Origin: Polyangiaceae bacterium
GTDB taxonomy: Bacteria > Myxococcota_A > Polyangia > Polyangiales > Polyangiaceae
Direction: 5' to 3'
Length of the DNA stretch: 64,000 bases
NCBI GenBank assembly: GCA_044376115.1
Contig: JBILLK010000003.1
Coordinates: 64,001 to 128,000, forward strand
Shown: one piece after another, positions 60,726 to 64,000 of the stretch
Layout: each line of letters begins with the position of its first letter
Position numbering within the stretch: the first letter of the stretch is position 1
Made by a program: the position numbers and the translations under genes
Notes under the pieces: generated by a model
What the model saw: only the letters and a program-made list of their open reading frames with translations
Told to the model about the DNA's origin: nothing
Databases searched by the model: none

Positions 60726-62756
60726 CTACTTGGCCCGCTTGAAGCGGTAGGAGGCCTGTCCAAACTCGATCACCAGTTCGTTGCCTTCAACCCGAAAGGG
60801 CAGGCCACCGCTGGGAGCATCGATCAACGTCAAGGTCTCCTTGTCTCCGTCCTTCTTGTAACCGAACCGACTCTTCCACTCGCCTACGTCCAGCGTTGGG
60901 TAGTCAGTGCCTTTGCTGATCTGGATGGTTCCGAGTTGCGCATTCTCGAGGCGGCCGAGCAACCTTGCGATGACCTCCTCTGGGACTTTGCCAAGGTCAC
61001 CTGCCCGTAGCTTTTCAAGCTGCGTTTTGGCCTCGCTGATTGAGCGGTCGAGAGTCTTCATCGCCCGTGGGTTTTGGTCGAAGACGATCTCCATGAAGCG
61101 CCCCGCGATGGCCTCGAGCAGATCGCTACCACCGCCGTTGGTGAGAATGACGAGACCCATGTTGCGCTCGGGGAACAGAGTGAAGCGGGAGCTAAAGCCG
61201 AAGGTGCCACCGTCATGCGAGACGACCGCGAGGCCGTGCTGCCGCGAAGCCGCAAGGCCGAGGCCATACGTTGCATTGGCTGAAGCCTTCGTCCGTGGCT
61301 TTCTCCGTTCGAGCAGATTGCTCTCGCTAAACACGCGCTTGCCCTCCGGGGTGACGCCGTTCGCAAGCTCGGTCATGGCGTAACGGCTCATGTCTTCGAC
61401 GCTCGCAAAGATGGCTCCTGCTGGTGCATAGGGAACGACGAAGCGCTCGATATCCATTGGCAGAAGTCGCTTCTGCCCCGGCTCGTCCAACAAGGACTCC
61501 GAGTGCGGCCACGCTGCGTCCTTGCTGCCCAATACGAAATTGGCGGTCGTGCGAGTCATACCCATCGGCTCGAAAACGTGTTTCCGCATCGCCTCGGCGT
61601 AGGCTTGACCGGGCTCTCCGGGAGATGCCTTGCGTGCGGCCAAGAAGCCCCCGAGAGCCGTCATCTGGTTTGAGTACTGAAATGTCTCCCCAAAGCCTGT
61701 GGTCGGCTTCTGATCCTTGAAGCCGTCGAACACCATGGTGGGTTTGACATCCTTGAACTCGAACACGAGCTCCAGGTCCCTGCGCGGCATTCCGGTGCAG
61801 GCGCAGAAGGTGTCAGCGATCGTGAGTCGCTCGGTGAAGCTTGGTTCGGCTGTTGAAAAGCTCGGCAACAGCTCCTTCACTTTGGTGTCCCAGCGCAGCT
61901 TCCCATCGTCGACGAGCTTGGCGATCAGCAGGGTCGAGAGGCTCTTCGACACTGAGCCGATCATGAATGGCGTCTTTTCGGTAACCGGGGCGTCGCCATC
62001 CACGCGCTTTTTGCCCACCGCCCGAACGAAGACCTGCTTTCCGTCTCGGACCACCGCCACCGCAACAGCGGGCGCCCCCGTGCGTGTCCTAATCTCGTCG
62101 ATGGCTGCCTCGAAGGCCGCTTTGCGATCCCCTTCCAGGACGTGCGCCTCTCGTTTGGAGAGGTCCTCCTCCTCGACTCCTTTCATAGCGAGACCAAAAA
62201 CGATTTGTCTCAACTGCGCGCCACGTCGGTTGAATGCAGCGGGTGAGCCCTCGAGCAGCGTGGCTACGACCCGCCCGCCGATTCGTCGTGAGTTAACGAT
62301 GAAGATGCGTTCGCCGGGGCTTTGCGGAAGCTGCACCAGCTCATAGATCTCGTCCCACCCGCCCTCGTCCGTCAGCGACTTCTCCTCAGCTGGGCCTGCC
62401 TTGATGCTTCGTTTGAGATAGCTAAGTAGCTGGTCCTTGGCGGCCTCGGCGGAGCTCGACTCAAACGCCAACATGGTAATGGTGAGGTCCCCCTCGGGAT
62501 CGGTGGCTGTCATACCTCCCGTGCGCGGCTCGAGTCTCCAACCTGCGGGGATGGTGACCTTTGCGTCCTCGGCGAGTGCCAGTTCTCTTTCCGCAGGAAC
62601 GACCTCGGCCGGCCCCAGCACCTTGCCGAACTCCGGCTTGGCCGCCTCGGTCGTAACCTCGTTCGACGTGGGTGTCTGTTCAACTGGCGTGTTCGCCTGG
62701 GTGGCAGAGCAACCCGTCAGTACGAGTAGCCAGCTACCAATCAACGAGTGTCGCAT
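60726..62756 (-). CDS. Serine hydrolase (beta-lactamase/AmpC-like family) lipoprotein
   Basis: Lipobox LTGC; SxxK (GSVSKS), YSN, HDGG. Confidence 0.9.
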   Translation of the reverse strand: MRHSLIGSWLLVLTGCSATQANTPVEQTPTSNEVTTEAAKPEFGKVLGPAEVVPAERELALAEDAKVTIPAGWRLEPRTGGMTATDPEGDLTITMLAFESSSAEAAKDQLLSYLKRSIKAGPAEEKSLTDEGGWDEIYELVQLPQSPGERIFIVNSRRIGGRVVATLLEGSPAAFNRRGAQLRQIVFGLAMKGVEEEDLSKREAHVLEGDRKAAFEAAIDEIRTRTGAPAVAVAVVRDGKQVFVRAVGKKRVDGDAPVTEKTPFMIGSVSKSLSTLLIAKLVDDGKLRWDTKVKELLPSFSTAEPSFTERLTIADTFCACTGMPRRDLELVFEFKDVKPTMVFDGFKDQKPTTGFGETFQYSNQMTALGGFLAARKASPGEPGQAYAEAMRKHVFEPMGMTRTTANFVLGSKDAAWPHSESLLDEPGQKRLLPMDIERFVVPYAPAGAIFASVEDMSRYAMTELANGVTPEGKRVFSESNLLERRKPRTKASANATYGLGLAASRQHGLAVVSHDGGTFGFSSRFTLFPERNMGLVILTNGGGSDLLEAIAGRFMEIVFDQNPRAMKTLDRSISEAKTQLEKLRAGDLGKVPEEVIARLLGRLENAQLGTIQISKGTDYPTLDVGEWKSRFGYKKDGDKETLTLIDAPSGGLPFRVEGNELVIEFGQASYRFKRAK

Positions 62757-63002
62757 GCATCGTCCTTTCCAAGTGCGAAGTGAGCACAGCGTCTTCGCTT
62801 CAGCGAGCATCATTCTTTCGGTTCCTCGGTCTATTTTTTGAGCTCGCGAGCGGCCAGGCACCCGGACGGTCTTGGCTTGCGACACTGTGCTTACGCTAGT
62901 CGCGCGTACTGGCGAAACATCACACCCTTAAGCAGTTTTTTTCACCGACCCGGAGTTTGCGAGAGCGTTGTTTCCGTAGGGCAGCGTGATACGAAGGCCT
63001 TT

Positions 63003-64000
63003 GTGAAGACGATTATTCGAGAGCTTCGCCCTGAGGACGTGGGTAAGTACGCCGATCTATGCGAGGCCCGAGACGGTCTCGATCGAAAGGGCGCAGAGGA
63101 GCGCGCGCAGCAGGTCGCGTTCATGGCCTTCGAGAATCCCACCAAGGACGGTCAACCCCACTACTTCGTCGCCGAGACTGGTGACCGACTAACCGGCCAC
63201 ATGGGGCGTATGCCCACCTGGTTCTGGGTGGACGGAAAGAAGCACCTCGCTACCTTTGCGCATGATCTTTTCGTCCACCAGGATTTGCAACGCACCGGCC
63301 AAGCCTTCTTCGTAACGATGAAGCTTTATCAAGCCGTTGAGAAGGCGTGCGCGAGCTTCTGTGCGATGGTTTGGACCAACCAGATCAATATCGAGCTCCA
63401 ACAATCGCGGAAGTACGATCAGCTATGGGTGCATCGCTACGTGCACTTACTTCGAGCAGACACTCAACTTCAGCGCATCGAGAAATTGGGACCTGCGCGC
63501 GAAGTCGCCAAGCCGCTTGCGCGCGTCGCACTCAAGGCCGTAGATGACTCACTGCGAATCTGGCACAGGTCTCGGCCGGCGGAGCAGATTGAAACGTTCG
63601 ATCGCAGATTTGACCTTCTCGCAGAGCGCATCGGTCCAAAGATGCGCATCGCGCCCGTCAAAGACGCCGCCTACTTGAACTTCAAGTACGTGCACCGACC
63701 CTTCATCGAAACGGTGTGCTTTGGCTTACCCGGTAGAAGCGGAGAGCTGCTCGGTTTTGTCGTTCTTCGCAAGCTTGGTACTGAGTTCGTGGGGACTATA
63801 TTGGAGCTATGCGCTGATCGTGAAGATACAGCGACGATTCTCAGCTTGCTTCACTGTGCTATTGACTATTACCGGCGAGCTGGCGCCACCTCGGTCGAGA
63901 CAGTAGCCTCGGACCCAGCCTTCATTTCGGCGCTCAAGCGCACGCTGTTTATGCAGCGCATGAAGCTCCCGCTCTTCTTCGCGAACGGGCAAAAGTACTC
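63003..64000 (+). CDS. GNAT-family (tandem-domain) acetyltransferase-like protein, 3'-truncated
   Basis: Missing from the ORF track because it has no stop. Hand translation gives MKTIIRELRPED...YFVAETGDRLTGH...HDLFVHQDLQRTG...AYLNFKY..RP...GELLGFVVLR. Confidence 0.8.
   Translation, partial: MKTIIRELRPEDVGKYADLCEARDGLDRKGAEERAQQVAFMAFENPTKDGQPHYFVAETGDRLTGHMGRMPTWFWVDGKKHLATFAHDLFVHQDLQRTGQAFFVTMKLYQAVEKACASFCAMVWTNQINIELQQSRKYDQLWVHRYVHLLRADTQLQRIEKLGPAREVAKPLARVALKAVDDSLRIWHRSRPAEQIETFDRRFDLLAERIGPKMRIAPVKDAAYLNFKYVHRPFIETVCFGLPGRSGELLGFVVLRKLGTEFVGTILELCADREDTATILSLLHCAIDYYRRAGATSVETVASDPAFISALKRTLFMQRMKLPLFFANGQKY

Overview
High-GC bacterial chromosome segment. Gene content suggests Myxococcota, probably Polyangiales (eukaryotic-like Ser/Thr kinases, Cys-rich lipoproteins, an oxidosqualene cyclase); this is inference, not a database result. 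The window starts at a solitary dnaA with a candidate oriC/regulatory spacer. Most of it is core genes: miaE, a partial F1Fo operon (atpF'-F-H-A-G, without D/C), PBP1A, metK, an orphan Dam-type methylase, tRNA-Ser(GCT), glpK, folP-cdaA-cdaR, xerC, a sirtuin, rsmD, ABC-F and a DEAD-box helicase. I saw no CRISPR array, IS element or prophage. The top lead is the 'hypothetical' ORF 58200-59321, which by eye contains a divergent ectoine-synthase (EctC)-like cupin with the Glu/Tyr/His metal triad. It sits 4 bp downstream of a non-EctB class-III aminotransferase and may mark an uncharacterised cyclic amino-acid-derivative pathway. Other leads: a sterol cyclase with a mixed Y/Q/V product signature and a DCTAK motif beside a CDP-alcohol phosphotransferase; an ATP synthase b subunit with a large repeat-rich N-terminal extension; a ~50-aa insertion in AtpA; a tandem GILT-like exported protein; and several apparent pseudo-enzymes. 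All calls come from manual motif recognition; no searches were run.
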